From: an uncultured Anaerolineales bacterium
GTDB lineage: Bacteria > Chloroflexota > Anaerolineae > Anaerolineales > UBA6663
DNA: 64,000 bases
Direction of reading: 5' to 3'
Assembly (NCBI GenBank): GCA_964480865.1
Contig: CAYZRP010000009.1
Location: 26,475-90,474, forward strand
Shown here: in pieces, positions 27,601 to 34,610 of the stretch
Layout: each line of letters starts with the position of its first letter
Numbering within the stretch: position 1 is the first letter of the stretch
Program-made: the position numbers and the translations under genes
The notes under the pieces: model-generated
Databases searched by the model: none
The model's input: the letters and a program-made list of their open reading frames with translations, nothing else
What the model was told of the DNA's origin: nothing

Positions 27601-28175
27601 CTGGCGTCGCCGATGACGCGCGTGGCCACGCTGTGCGCCGTCCCGTCAAGCGCCACGAGTTGGCAGCCGCTCTCATCAAAGCGCTCAATCGCGGCGCGAC
27701 GGCGCAGACGAAAACGTTGCGGATTCCGGTGCATGAAACAGAGAAGGCGTCGGTGCAGACGCCCGAGATCCCGAATGGCCAGCCTGCCGTCCAATTGCGC
27801 GTGTTGCTGGCGGAAGACAACGCCATCAATCAAAAGGTGGCTTCGCTTCAGCTTGAGCAGCTTGGGTATGGGGTCGATCTGGCCGTCGATGGCGCCGCGG
27901 CGCTGGCCGCCTACCAGGAGCATCCCGATCGATTCGCCCTGATCCTGATGGATTGTCAGATGCCGGTGCTCGATGGGTTCGAGGCCACGCGCGCGATCCG
28001 CGAATGGGAAGCGGGCCAACCCGATGGACGTCACGTCCATGTGATCGCAATGACGGCCAACGCCATGTCCGGTGATCGAGAGGAATGTCTGGCGGCTGGA
28101 ATGGATGACTATCTGGCCAAACCCGTCAGTCGGCAGGCGCTCCAGGCTGTCCTCAACCGAAGCCGGGTCGCCTGA
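24642..28175 (+). CDS. Hybrid sensor histidine kinase (4 TM, about 4 PAS, HisKA, HATPase_c, pseudo-receiver, receiver)
   Basis: 1177 aa. H-box SEFLANMSHEIRTPMN; N/G boxes LLNLLSNAIKFT and GGTGLGLAIV. The C-terminal receiver has LILMDCQMPVLDG. The preceding receiver-like segment has VVVGLW, with no acceptor Asp. Confidence 0.9.
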   Translation: MTFTRPWRRPGPLVFLTLLTAAGLTADAIVLALGLPGTGLSLLVAAVILAALWYERWVQWTTILLVNAFFIPATRNITADLWHLVALYALGILATLATAEAIHRLVQNYAASLERERLAQDRLQHILSNSPLATYSLEVRQGPPRTVHCTFVSANMQQLIGVSADELKNDAANWLRHIHPDDRARIVNSDLAQRMRVIEYRFIRPDGVEIWIQDTAEMIARPEDGAIEFIVQVQDVTERKRAQQHVEENERFIAQLAAAIPDQVMVVDIVSREVVYANRDAARLEFAGMCPKIMLDEGWTDHVHPEDHGRIAGVKAQVKSLPDDETLTTGLRMLHTDGSWRDLEFHFRIFRRNVDGRPLQVLVIWKDVTEARTAERALADSQRLVQRVAETVPSVLYVLDVGGAVQSGTLIFSNRSLAANLGYRDSLTQSIGWDRLLQQLLHPDDLPRVRAMRMGWIDLPDGELLETEFRLRDANGKYRWILSRHLVFDRDEHGTVTHVIGLMEDVTSRKELQDEVQAERDFARLVLNTLGQGVAVFSSANVCEYLNPAGAEILRLGSAEEARGLDLESLGDGTIAPELLAFNRSFSGQPQALHTDSEIRRADGQPVELSITVSPRIQNGTHLGCVAVFTDVTERKAMERDLAAALTRAQELTRDALAATQAKSEFLANMSHEIRTPMNAIIGLAELLQDADLPAEQRSRVQVMIESGHTLLDIINDILDFSKIEAGRLDLDPHDFEVAAVVENTVDVLETRANAKGVQILTYVDPAIPTQLHGDAGRVRQILLNLLSNAIKFTSVGRVVVRAELDSSTQDGTSVRLSVQDTGIGIPLDAQARLFLPFEQAEHSTTRRFGGTGLGLAIVKRLVELLQGNVQLVSRPGVGTTVTLSLPFAASTAPVSQVVSVRGRVLVVDPEPVSNDIVTRYASALGLAPESLFDPAEALTRLQHGSPVDTVVVGLWATHPGMTQLLDRLAGDPTFGPIPRVVLLDGAGVADDARGHAVRRPVKRHELAAALIKALNRGATAQTKTLRIPVHETEKASVQTPEIPNGQPAVQLRVLLAEDNAINQKVASLQLEQLGYGVDLAVDGAAALAAYQEHPDRFALILMDCQMPVLDGFEATRAIREWEAGQPDGRHVHVIAMTANAMSGDREECLAAGMDDYLAKPVSRQALQAVLNRSRVA

Positions 28176-28203
28176 AGCCCACCTGTCTGACGCGACCGCC
28201 GAG

Positions 28204-28665
28204 TCAAACCTGCAGGCGCGCCTTCAGCCGCGCCGCGAACCCTGCGCGCTGGTCGATCGACATCGGTTCGCGCGAGCTTGCGTACAGCCCATCGCCTCGA
28301 TAACGTGGGAAGACGTGCACGTGGTAATGCCAGACATCCTGTCCGCCGTCTGGCTCGTTGTGCTGGCGCGTCGACACCCCCGTGCAACCATACTCGGCTT
28401 TCATCGCCAGGGCGATGCGGCGGGTCAGCCGCTGGATGGGCTCGCCGAACGACTCCGGCAGGTCGAACACGTTTTCGAAATGCGCGTTGGAGACGATGAG
28501 GACGTGGCCCTGGTTGCGTGGCCACTGTCCTGAGCCGATGAAGGCCGTCAGGGTGTCATCGTGGTAGACGACATCTGACCGGCGGCTCAAGACGTGTTCG
28601 TCTTCAATGCCGCGCACGATCCTGCAGAACGGGCATTCGTAGCCGGGCGGGGCGTGCGAGAACAT
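28204..28665 (-). CDS. HIT-family (histidine triad) nucleotide hydrolase/transferase
   Basis: 153 aa with an N-terminal CPFCRI and the histidine triad HYHVHVFPR. Confidence 0.9.
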   Translation of the reverse strand: MFSHAPPGYECPFCRIVRGIEDEHVLSRRSDVVYHDDTLTAFIGSGQWPRNQGHVLIVSNAHFENVFDLPESFGEPIQRLTRRIALAMKAEYGCTGVSTRQHNEPDGGQDVWHYHVHVFPRYRGDGLYASSREPMSIDQRAGFAARLKARLQV

Positions 28666-28719
28666 GAGCCCTCCAGACGCAGCCGCCTGGCGTGGTCGGC
28701 TGCGGACCAGGCAGAGTCG

Positions 28720-29967
28720 TCAGGCTGTCGCGACGACCGGGTCTCGACGCTCGAAACCCAGGACGCTCAGGGCGTGTTGAATGACGTCGCTGTTGGTGTA
28801 CGTCTCCCAGATCAGGCGCGAGAGGTAGTTCTCGATCATCAGCATCGAACAGCCTTTGTCGATGCCGTAGAGGGTCTGGCTGTACCAGGGCGGAGAGACG
28901 TGCACGTTGTAGGCGTCGTAGAAGCCGTACCTGCCCCAGGTCTGGGGGTGCTGTTCGTAGAGGTACGTCATCATGTCGAGCGCCAGATCGGGCACGAACG
29001 GCAGGGCCGAGATGGCACCGTAGATTGACACAGTGCCGTTTGGCTTCGGATCCTCACGCGCCGGCGGGCTGCCCGACACATCGTAGCCCCAGGGGCTGTC
29101 GCCGCAGCTGATGCCCCAACTGCGATCATGGTAGGTCTTGAAGGCCCCGGCCTGGGCGATGCAGAAGTCGCGGTTGGCAAGCGTGGCCAGTTGCGTGTTC
29201 TTGAACCAGTCCACGCCATCGGGATCGAGATAGCGGGCGGTGTCGAGCCAGGCCTCACTGAATTGATACGCAAACAGATTGCCGCCGGGGTTGAAGATGA
29301 TCGGCTGGCCGGCGATCGTGGCGGTGTCGCGCGAAAAGCCGGCATACAGTCGACGGAGCACGGCGGGGTCGAGCTGGCCGGCGGCCTGCAGGTACATCAT
29401 CTTCTGCTCGGCCGCCATATCCCACCGATGGATGAAGCCGGGATCGCCGGTGACGTAGTCGCCGCCGCGGTCCGGGTTATAGGCCATGCGGAAGAGTGTC
29501 TGGCCGTCGGCCTCGAACACGAGGAAACGCCAGTCGACCCGGCCGAGCAGTCGTTCGGCCAACTCGTTCACCTCCGGGTCCGCAAAGTATGCGGCCGCTG
29601 TGATGACGCCGTTGAGGCAGAGAGCCGTGTCGATGGTCGAGTACTCGCACTTCTTGATGCGCTTGCCCGTCTCCATCTCGACGAAATGGGCGAAGAACCC
29701 GCGATGCTGATCGACGCGATGGAGCAGGGTGTCGAGTGTGCCGCGCGTAACCGCGAGCGCGTCCTGGCGAGAGAGATAGCCGCGCGCGTCAGCGATCACC
29801 CAGGCCGACAGCGCGAACCCGGTGGAGGCGATCGACGCGACGCGCCGGTTCTTCGTCGAGTCGACCGTCAGGCCGTAGCCTGGGCTGCCGGGCTCGAGGT
29901 TCGTGAAATCCCGAAAGAAATCGAATGAGCCCTTGAGCTCGCACATGAGCAGATCTGTCGCGTTCAT
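28720..29967 (-). CDS. Putative-glucoamylase / GH144-like (beta-1,2-glucanase-like) alpha/alpha-barrel protein, cytosolic
   Basis: 415 aa. The family resemblance is by recollection (FDFFRDFTN..., GLTVDS, IASTGFALSAW, STIDTAL). No N-terminal signal peptide. Confidence 0.7.
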   Translation of the reverse strand: MNATDLLMCELKGSFDFFRDFTNLEPGSPGYGLTVDSTKNRRVASIASTGFALSAWVIADARGYLSRQDALAVTRGTLDTLLHRVDQHRGFFAHFVEMETGKRIKKCEYSTIDTALCLNGVITAAAYFADPEVNELAERLLGRVDWRFLVFEADGQTLFRMAYNPDRGGDYVTGDPGFIHRWDMAAEQKMMYLQAAGQLDPAVLRRLYAGFSRDTATIAGQPIIFNPGGNLFAYQFSEAWLDTARYLDPDGVDWFKNTQLATLANRDFCIAQAGAFKTYHDRSWGISCGDSPWGYDVSGSPPAREDPKPNGTVSIYGAISALPFVPDLALDMMTYLYEQHPQTWGRYGFYDAYNVHVSPPWYSQTLYGIDKGCSMLMIENYLSRLIWETYTNSDVIQHALSVLGFERRDPVVATA

Positions 29968-30161
29968 ACAAGTTTGTTGTTCGTCTCCCTGGCTGTGCGT
30001 CGCGTCACAGGCCGCTATTCTAGCGCCGCCGTGAGAACCGGGGGATCCCCAAAAGCAGTGCGTCAGCGCGAGCGTTGAGGGCCTCTGGCCGTGCTGGCCG
30101 CTCGCTGGTGTGAGCCCGAAGCGCTAAGATCTTCATGGCGTCGATCGGCGCGGGAGCCCAA

Positions 30162-30617
30162 ATGAGCGAACAGCGTTTCACCGCTATTCTGAAGTCGGTC
30201 GGACAGCGCGTGTGGGTCGAATTGCCATTTGATCCGGATGCTGTCTGGGGCCAGAAGGACCGGCACCATGTTCGCGGGTTGATCGCGAACTATGAGATCC
30301 GCGGCCCCTTGACCCACGAGGCAGGGCGCTACGTGTTGGCCCTCGGTGCAGCCTGGCGCCGTGGCAACGGCCTGGCCGGAGGCGACGAGGTCAACGTCAT
30401 CCTGGCGCCTGAGGGGCCGCAACTCGATCGGCTGGCCGGTGACATCGTTCTGGCCCTGGAGGCCGAGCCCGAGGCCCGGGCCTTCTTTGAAGGGCTTGCC
30501 ACGTACTATCGCAAAAACTATCTGCGCTGGGTCGACGGCGCCAAACGCCCGGAGACGCGGCGCACGCGGATTGCCGAGATGGTGGCGTTGCTCAAGGTTG
30601 GTCGCAAGGAAAAGTAA
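30162..30617 (+). CDS. DUF1905 + YdeI/OmpD-associated family protein
   Basis: MSEQRFTAIL... beta-barrel DUF1905-like N-terminus and C-terminal YYRKNYLRWVDGAKRPETRRTRI. GGGAG lies 5 nt upstream of ATG 30162. Confidence 0.8.
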   Translation: MSEQRFTAILKSVGQRVWVELPFDPDAVWGQKDRHHVRGLIANYEIRGPLTHEAGRYVLALGAAWRRGNGLAGGDEVNVILAPEGPQLDRLAGDIVLALEAEPEARAFFEGLATYYRKNYLRWVDGAKRPETRRTRIAEMVALLKVGRKEK

Positions 30618-30621
30618 GGCT

Positions 30622-31500
30622 TCATCGCCACGTCGGAACGCGCGCCGCGATGCGTTCGTCGCCGAGCTCTTTGCAGAGCGCTTCGAGCCGACGGTCGGCG
30701 CCCTTCCACTTGAGGTCGGCGAGTTTTTCCTGGAGCGGAACGTCCTGGCGCAGGGTCGACAGCGTCCGGAACAGCAGCGCCTCGTCTTTTCGTTCAACCA
30801 GCACCTCGGCCAGGCGCGCCGCGCGCCCCGGAGTGAGCGCCTTCACGCCCCATGCTGCGCTGTCAGCCGGGATCTTCTCGAGCCTGCCGAACCGCTGCAG
30901 CACGGCGGAAGCCGTTTTCGCGCCCCAGCCCGGAAGGCCCGGATAGCCGTCAGCCGCGTCTCCGACCAGGGCCAGCCAATCGGGGATGGAAACCGGGGGC
31001 ACTCCGAACTTCTCGATGATGCCGGGCTCGTCGAGCACGATCTCGCGGCGCCTATCCCAACAGACGATGCGTTGTCCCGACACCAGCTGGGCGAGATCCT
31101 TGTCGGGTGAGCACAACACGATCTGCTCCACCGACGCGGCGCCTTTGAAGCGTTTGACGGCGCTGGCCAGCGCATCATCGGCCTCGAATTCGACCATGGG
31201 CCAAACCACGATGCCGAGCGCGGCCATCGCTTCTTCGGCCAGCGTGAACTGCGCCAGGAGATCCGGATCGACGCCGGCGCCGGTCTTGTAGCCGGCGTAC
31301 AGGTCGTTGCGAAACGACTCGATGACATGATCGAAAGCGCAGGCGATGTGGGTCACGCCCGGAGTGGTGACGAGCATGAGCATGCTGCGGATCAGTCCGA
31401 GCGTGGCGCCGACCTGCCGTCCATCCGGCGCCTGCCTGGGCGGCGCGCCGAAGTGATTGCGGAACAACTCGTAGGTCCCGTCCACCAGATGGATCTTCAT
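30622..31500 (-). CDS. 5'-3' exonuclease / flap endonuclease (stand-alone Pol I N-terminal-like domain)
   Basis: 292 aa with LVDGTYELFR, the acidic clusters EADD and DKDLAQL, and the H3TH motif GYPGLPGWGAKTA. Confidence 0.9.
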   Translation of the reverse strand: MKIHLVDGTYELFRNHFGAPPRQAPDGRQVGATLGLIRSMLMLVTTPGVTHIACAFDHVIESFRNDLYAGYKTGAGVDPDLLAQFTLAEEAMAALGIVVWPMVEFEADDALASAVKRFKGAASVEQIVLCSPDKDLAQLVSGQRIVCWDRRREIVLDEPGIIEKFGVPPVSIPDWLALVGDAADGYPGLPGWGAKTASAVLQRFGRLEKIPADSAAWGVKALTPGRAARLAEVLVERKDEALLFRTLSTLRQDVPLQEKLADLKWKGADRRLEALCKELGDERIAARVPTWR

Positions 31501-31532
31501 GAGTCAAGCCTCGTTTGTGGGTCGGCCGGGCC

Positions 31533-31565
31533 GTTCAACAAAACGACGCCGCTTCGTGCGGCGTC
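31533..31565 (-). terminator. Intrinsic terminator downstream of the receiver gene
   Basis: The minus-strand RNA reads GACGCCGC-ACGAA-GCGGCGUC (8-bp GC stem, 31545-31565) followed by GUUUUGUUG. It lies about 60 nt after the stop at 31624. Confidence 0.55.
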
Positions 31566-31623
31566 ATTCGATCGGACGGCTCGCTGGATGGAGCCTAATG
31601 GTAAGCGAAGAACCGTGGTGGGG

Positions 31624-32052
31624 CTAATGAGCCTTTCCGTCGGATGTCGGCAGATCGGCGCTCAGGTATTTACCGCCGGCTGTCACGGTGCGGATCGCCT
31701 GGATCAATTCTTCCGGAGCCGTTTCCTTCCTCAAATAACCTGAGGCTCCCAACTTGAGACTTGTTTTCACATATCCGGGATCCGAATGCATGCTCAGCAT
31801 AATGATTGGGAGGTTGGGCTGCTCGCGATTGAGTTCACGCAAGACTTCGAGGCCAGTCATCTCGGGCATGGTGATATCGAGCACCACGACATCCCATTGC
31901 TGGGCCCGGGCTTTCTCGACGGCTTCGCGGCCATTGCTGGCTTCTTCGACGAGGGCATTTTCCGCACCCTCGCGCAGGATCTCACGGAGACCCTTTCGAA
32001 CGATCGCATGGTCATCAGCGATCAATATCCTCAGTACAGAAGTATTCATCAT
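31624..32052 (-). CDS. Stand-alone response-regulator receiver domain (paralog of 20609-21016)
   Basis: About 142 aa from ATG 32052, with GGGAGG/GAGG upstream. It has LRILIADDHAIVRKGLREILRE, VVVLDITMPEMTG and IIMLSMH, and no HTH output. Confidence 0.85.
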   Translation of the reverse strand: MMNTSVLRILIADDHAIVRKGLREILREGAENALVEEASNGREAVEKARAQQWDVVVLDITMPEMTGLEVLRELNREQPNLPIIMLSMHSDPGYVKTSLKLGASGYLRKETAPEELIQAIRTVTAGGKYLSADLPTSDGKAH

Positions 32053-32341
32053 GGGTGGACCTCTACCTCCCGTCTTTACCGTCAATCAACATCACCGAGT
32101 TGGCAGATCGCCTTTGAAAAGAGCGTGTTCCGACAGCCTGCCTCCGCGCATTCGCCCTTGGTCATTGGCGGGTGCCGGGCTGAGGCTGCACTCGCTTACC
32201 CCCTGGGCAGTCGCTCGTGAGGTCAGGCGTACAGAACATCGCTGCGGAGATTGTGCCAGAACCTCCGCCGACGAGCGTCGGAATCATCTCTTTCGTTCGT
32301 CAGACATCTCTTACACGAATGCTATGCGTTGTCAGCCACCT

Positions 32342-32752
32342 TCAGATCGACCGTGTACCGGAGACCTTGACACGCTCCGCCTCGAATGCGCGAACGATTG
32401 CGGGCGGCGCCTGACAACGCCACGCATCAGTCAGCAACTCGCGCAGAGTCTCGGCCGTGATATCCACCAGGCGGACCAGGACCGCCGGAAAGCCGTTGTA
32501 GTGCGGCTCGGTGAAGCAAACGTCGGGCAGGGCGGCCAGCCAGCGATCCTTTTCCTCGAGGTCGCGCACACGAATAGCCAGAACGCTCGGGTTGGGTTTG
32601 CGAGGCTTCTTCGGATCAACCCGCTCGAGCCACACCCAGGCCAGGCCGCGCGGCTTCCCGCGGCTCAAGACCGAGAACGACGATCCATCCTTATCGGCCG
32701 AAGTTCCCGGGAGTTTCGCCACGATCCGACGAACATCTTTCAGGGTTGCCAT
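32342..32752 (-). CDS. MmcQ/YjbR-family protein
   Basis: About 136 aa from ATG 32752 (MATLKDVRRIVAKLPG...FTEPHYNGFPAVLVRL). The 351-aa ORF's upstream part overlaps the next gene out of frame and is rejected. Confidence 0.75.
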   Translation of the reverse strand: MATLKDVRRIVAKLPGTSADKDGSSFSVLSRGKPRGLAWVWLERVDPKKPRKPNPSVLAIRVRDLEEKDRWLAALPDVCFTEPHYNGFPAVLVRLVDITAETLRELLTDAWRCQAPPAIVRAFEAERVKVSGTRSI

Positions 32753-32759
32753 GCAGGCC

Positions 32760-33281
32760 TCAGGATCGCCGCGCTTTGCTTCGCTGGCGCTCCTGGGATG
32801 GACGCGCCGTCGACTTTGTAGAGGTCTCAGTGTGTTCGAACATCGAACGATGGCGTGTGCGCCGTTCCTGGTACTCGCGATCGTTTCTGACCTTCTGCCA
32901 CGCGGCATAGAAGATCTGCGCCGACTCGGCCTTTTCGGGATCCTCGTCGCGTGGCAAGATCGTTGAACGATCGTCGGCGTACTTCCGGCCCGATCGATGG
33001 TTGGCATAGCGACGCGAACGCGTGTAGCCCATCTGCAGGAACTTCCGCGCCATATCCATCCCGACGAAGTCCTCGGCGGCTTTGTACGCCAGGAACATGC
33101 GATAGATCCGGGTGGCCGAGCGCCGCGCGATGGCCGGGGTCTTGAACCTCCAGTGCGGCAAGATCTCGCTCTTGTATGGCTCGACCTGCAACACGCCTTG
33201 TTCGCCCTTGCCGACGCGATAGAGTTCCGGTCGTTTCCGAAAATCGATGCCCGCAACGTCAGGAGGATCCAGGGGCGGCAT
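32760..33281 (-). CDS. DUF4385-family protein
   Basis: 173 aa with FRKRPELYRVGKGEQGVL and KSEILPHWRFKTP..., matching my recollection of this family. Lies 7 nt upstream of the MmcQ/YjbR gene. Confidence 0.7.
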   Translation of the reverse strand: MPPLDPPDVAGIDFRKRPELYRVGKGEQGVLQVEPYKSEILPHWRFKTPAIARRSATRIYRMFLAYKAAEDFVGMDMARKFLQMGYTRSRRYANHRSGRKYADDRSTILPRDEDPEKAESAQIFYAAWQKVRNDREYQERRTRHRSMFEHTETSTKSTARPSQERQRSKARRS

Positions 33282-33523
33282 GCCAAAGATTCTATTGCCG
33301 GTCTCGCCCGTTGACCAATCGAGCTCGGAGGTTCCAGGGCCATCAGATCAGGAATGGCCGCCAGCGCCCCGACCGCACCCCCTCGCTCTCTCGGCACTTT
33401 TTCAACTGAGGCGATGAAGCCACTTCCAAATGCGTTTGCCCTGCACGGTCATGATCGCAAGTGCGACCATCGTGGCAATGACGCTAAAATCTGGCTCAAG
33501 ACCGTCGATCAGAAGAGGCCCTC

Positions 33524-34099
33524 ATGACCAACACCCCGATGTCCACTGCTCGCCTGGCTGACGTGTTCGACGGCTGGCAGGGGTATCAAACGAGCCTTGT
33601 GCACGCGGTGGAGCCCCTCTCCGCCGAGCAGCTTCGCTGGCGTCCGGGCCCTCAGGCCCAGTCGATCGGCGAGGTCGTGCGCCACATCAGCCTCGGGCGC
33701 GTGACGTGGTTCGCGCGCATGGAGGCACCCGGCAGCGCCGAGGTCTGTGCCACGATCCCGGAGTGGGAGGTCGACGGCGATGGGAACAAAGACATCGTCG
33801 AGCGGGCGCTGCCGATCACCGAGGATGCCGCTGAGCTCGTCATCTGGCTCGAGCGGACGTGGAGCATGATCGAGCTGACCTTGACGACCTGGACCGTCGC
33901 CGACCTGGCTCGCACCTACCGCCATCGCTGGAACGGACAGGTTTATCAGGTGTCAACTCAATGGACGCTATGGCGCATCCTCACGCACGATGTGCATCAT
34001 GGCGGCGAACTGTCGTTGATGCTGGGCCTGCAAGGGATCGAGGCCTTTGAGCTGAGCGGCCTGTTCGGCCATATCACCTTGCCGCCGCTGGCCGCGTGA
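33524..34099 (+). CDS. DinB-family (four-helix-bundle, metal-binding) protein
   Basis: 191 aa. SIGEVVRHI and THDVHHGGEL provide a His-triad-like pattern typical of DinB/YfiT-like proteins. Confidence 0.8.
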   Translation: MTNTPMSTARLADVFDGWQGYQTSLVHAVEPLSAEQLRWRPGPQAQSIGEVVRHISLGRVTWFARMEAPGSAEVCATIPEWEVDGDGNKDIVERALPITEDAAELVIWLERTWSMIELTLTTWTVADLARTYRHRWNGQVYQVSTQWTLWRILTHDVHHGGELSLMLGLQGIEAFELSGLFGHITLPPLAA

Positions 34100-34124
34100 A
34101 CCTGGCCATGCACAGGAGGCGCCG

Positions 34125-34610
34125 ATGGACGTGCGTAGCTTCTCCGAGATTGAAGCGGAATTCCTTGAACGCGTGTATCGGATGATCTGGTGCAACGTTG
34201 CCACCGTCGACGGGCGGGGCCGGCCGCGTTCGCGGCTGCTGCACCCGATCTGGGAAGGCATGACCGGCTGGATCGCCACGCACCGGCACTCGCACAAGAG
34301 CCGCCACCTGGCCCACAACCCGTACGTCTCGTTGGCTTACATCACCGACATCCACCAGCCCGTCTATGTCGATTGCCGCGCGACGTGGGTCGAGGATCTT
34401 GAGGAGAAGCAGCGCATCTGGGAGTTGTTCAAGAACACACCACCGCCGATGGGCTTCGATCCCGCGCAGGATTTCGTGCGGCCCGACCACGAGGTCTTCG
34501 GTTTGCTGCGTCTTGATCCCTGGCGCATCGCGCTCGTCAGTTTCCCGGCGGCCTCCCAGGCTGAGGGCCAGCGCATCTGGCGTCGGCCTGACGGCGACGA
34601 CCTAGGCTGA
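34125..34610 (+). CDS. Pyridoxamine 5'-phosphate oxidase-family (FMN-binding split barrel) protein
   Basis: 161 aa with WCNVATVDGRGRPRSR and KSRHLAHNPYVSLAY motifs. Confidence 0.8.
   Translation: MDVRSFSEIEAEFLERVYRMIWCNVATVDGRGRPRSRLLHPIWEGMTGWIATHRHSHKSRHLAHNPYVSLAYITDIHQPVYVDCRATWVEDLEEKQRIWELFKNTPPPMGFDPAQDFVRPDHEVFGLLRLDPWRIALVSFPAASQAEGQRIWRRPDGDDLG

Noticed and set aside
32753-33397. N-terminal 215 codons of the 351-aa ORF that ends as the MmcQ/YjbR gene
   Set aside because: It overlaps the DUF4385 gene in another frame and is Arg/Pro/Ser-rich. MmcQ/YjbR proteins are about 110-140 aa, and ATG 32752 fits that length.
33400-33523. Small ORFs (22-37 aa) on both strands between the DUF4385 and DinB genes
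   Set aside because: They have no RBS, weak or non-canonical starts and no recognisable peptide features.
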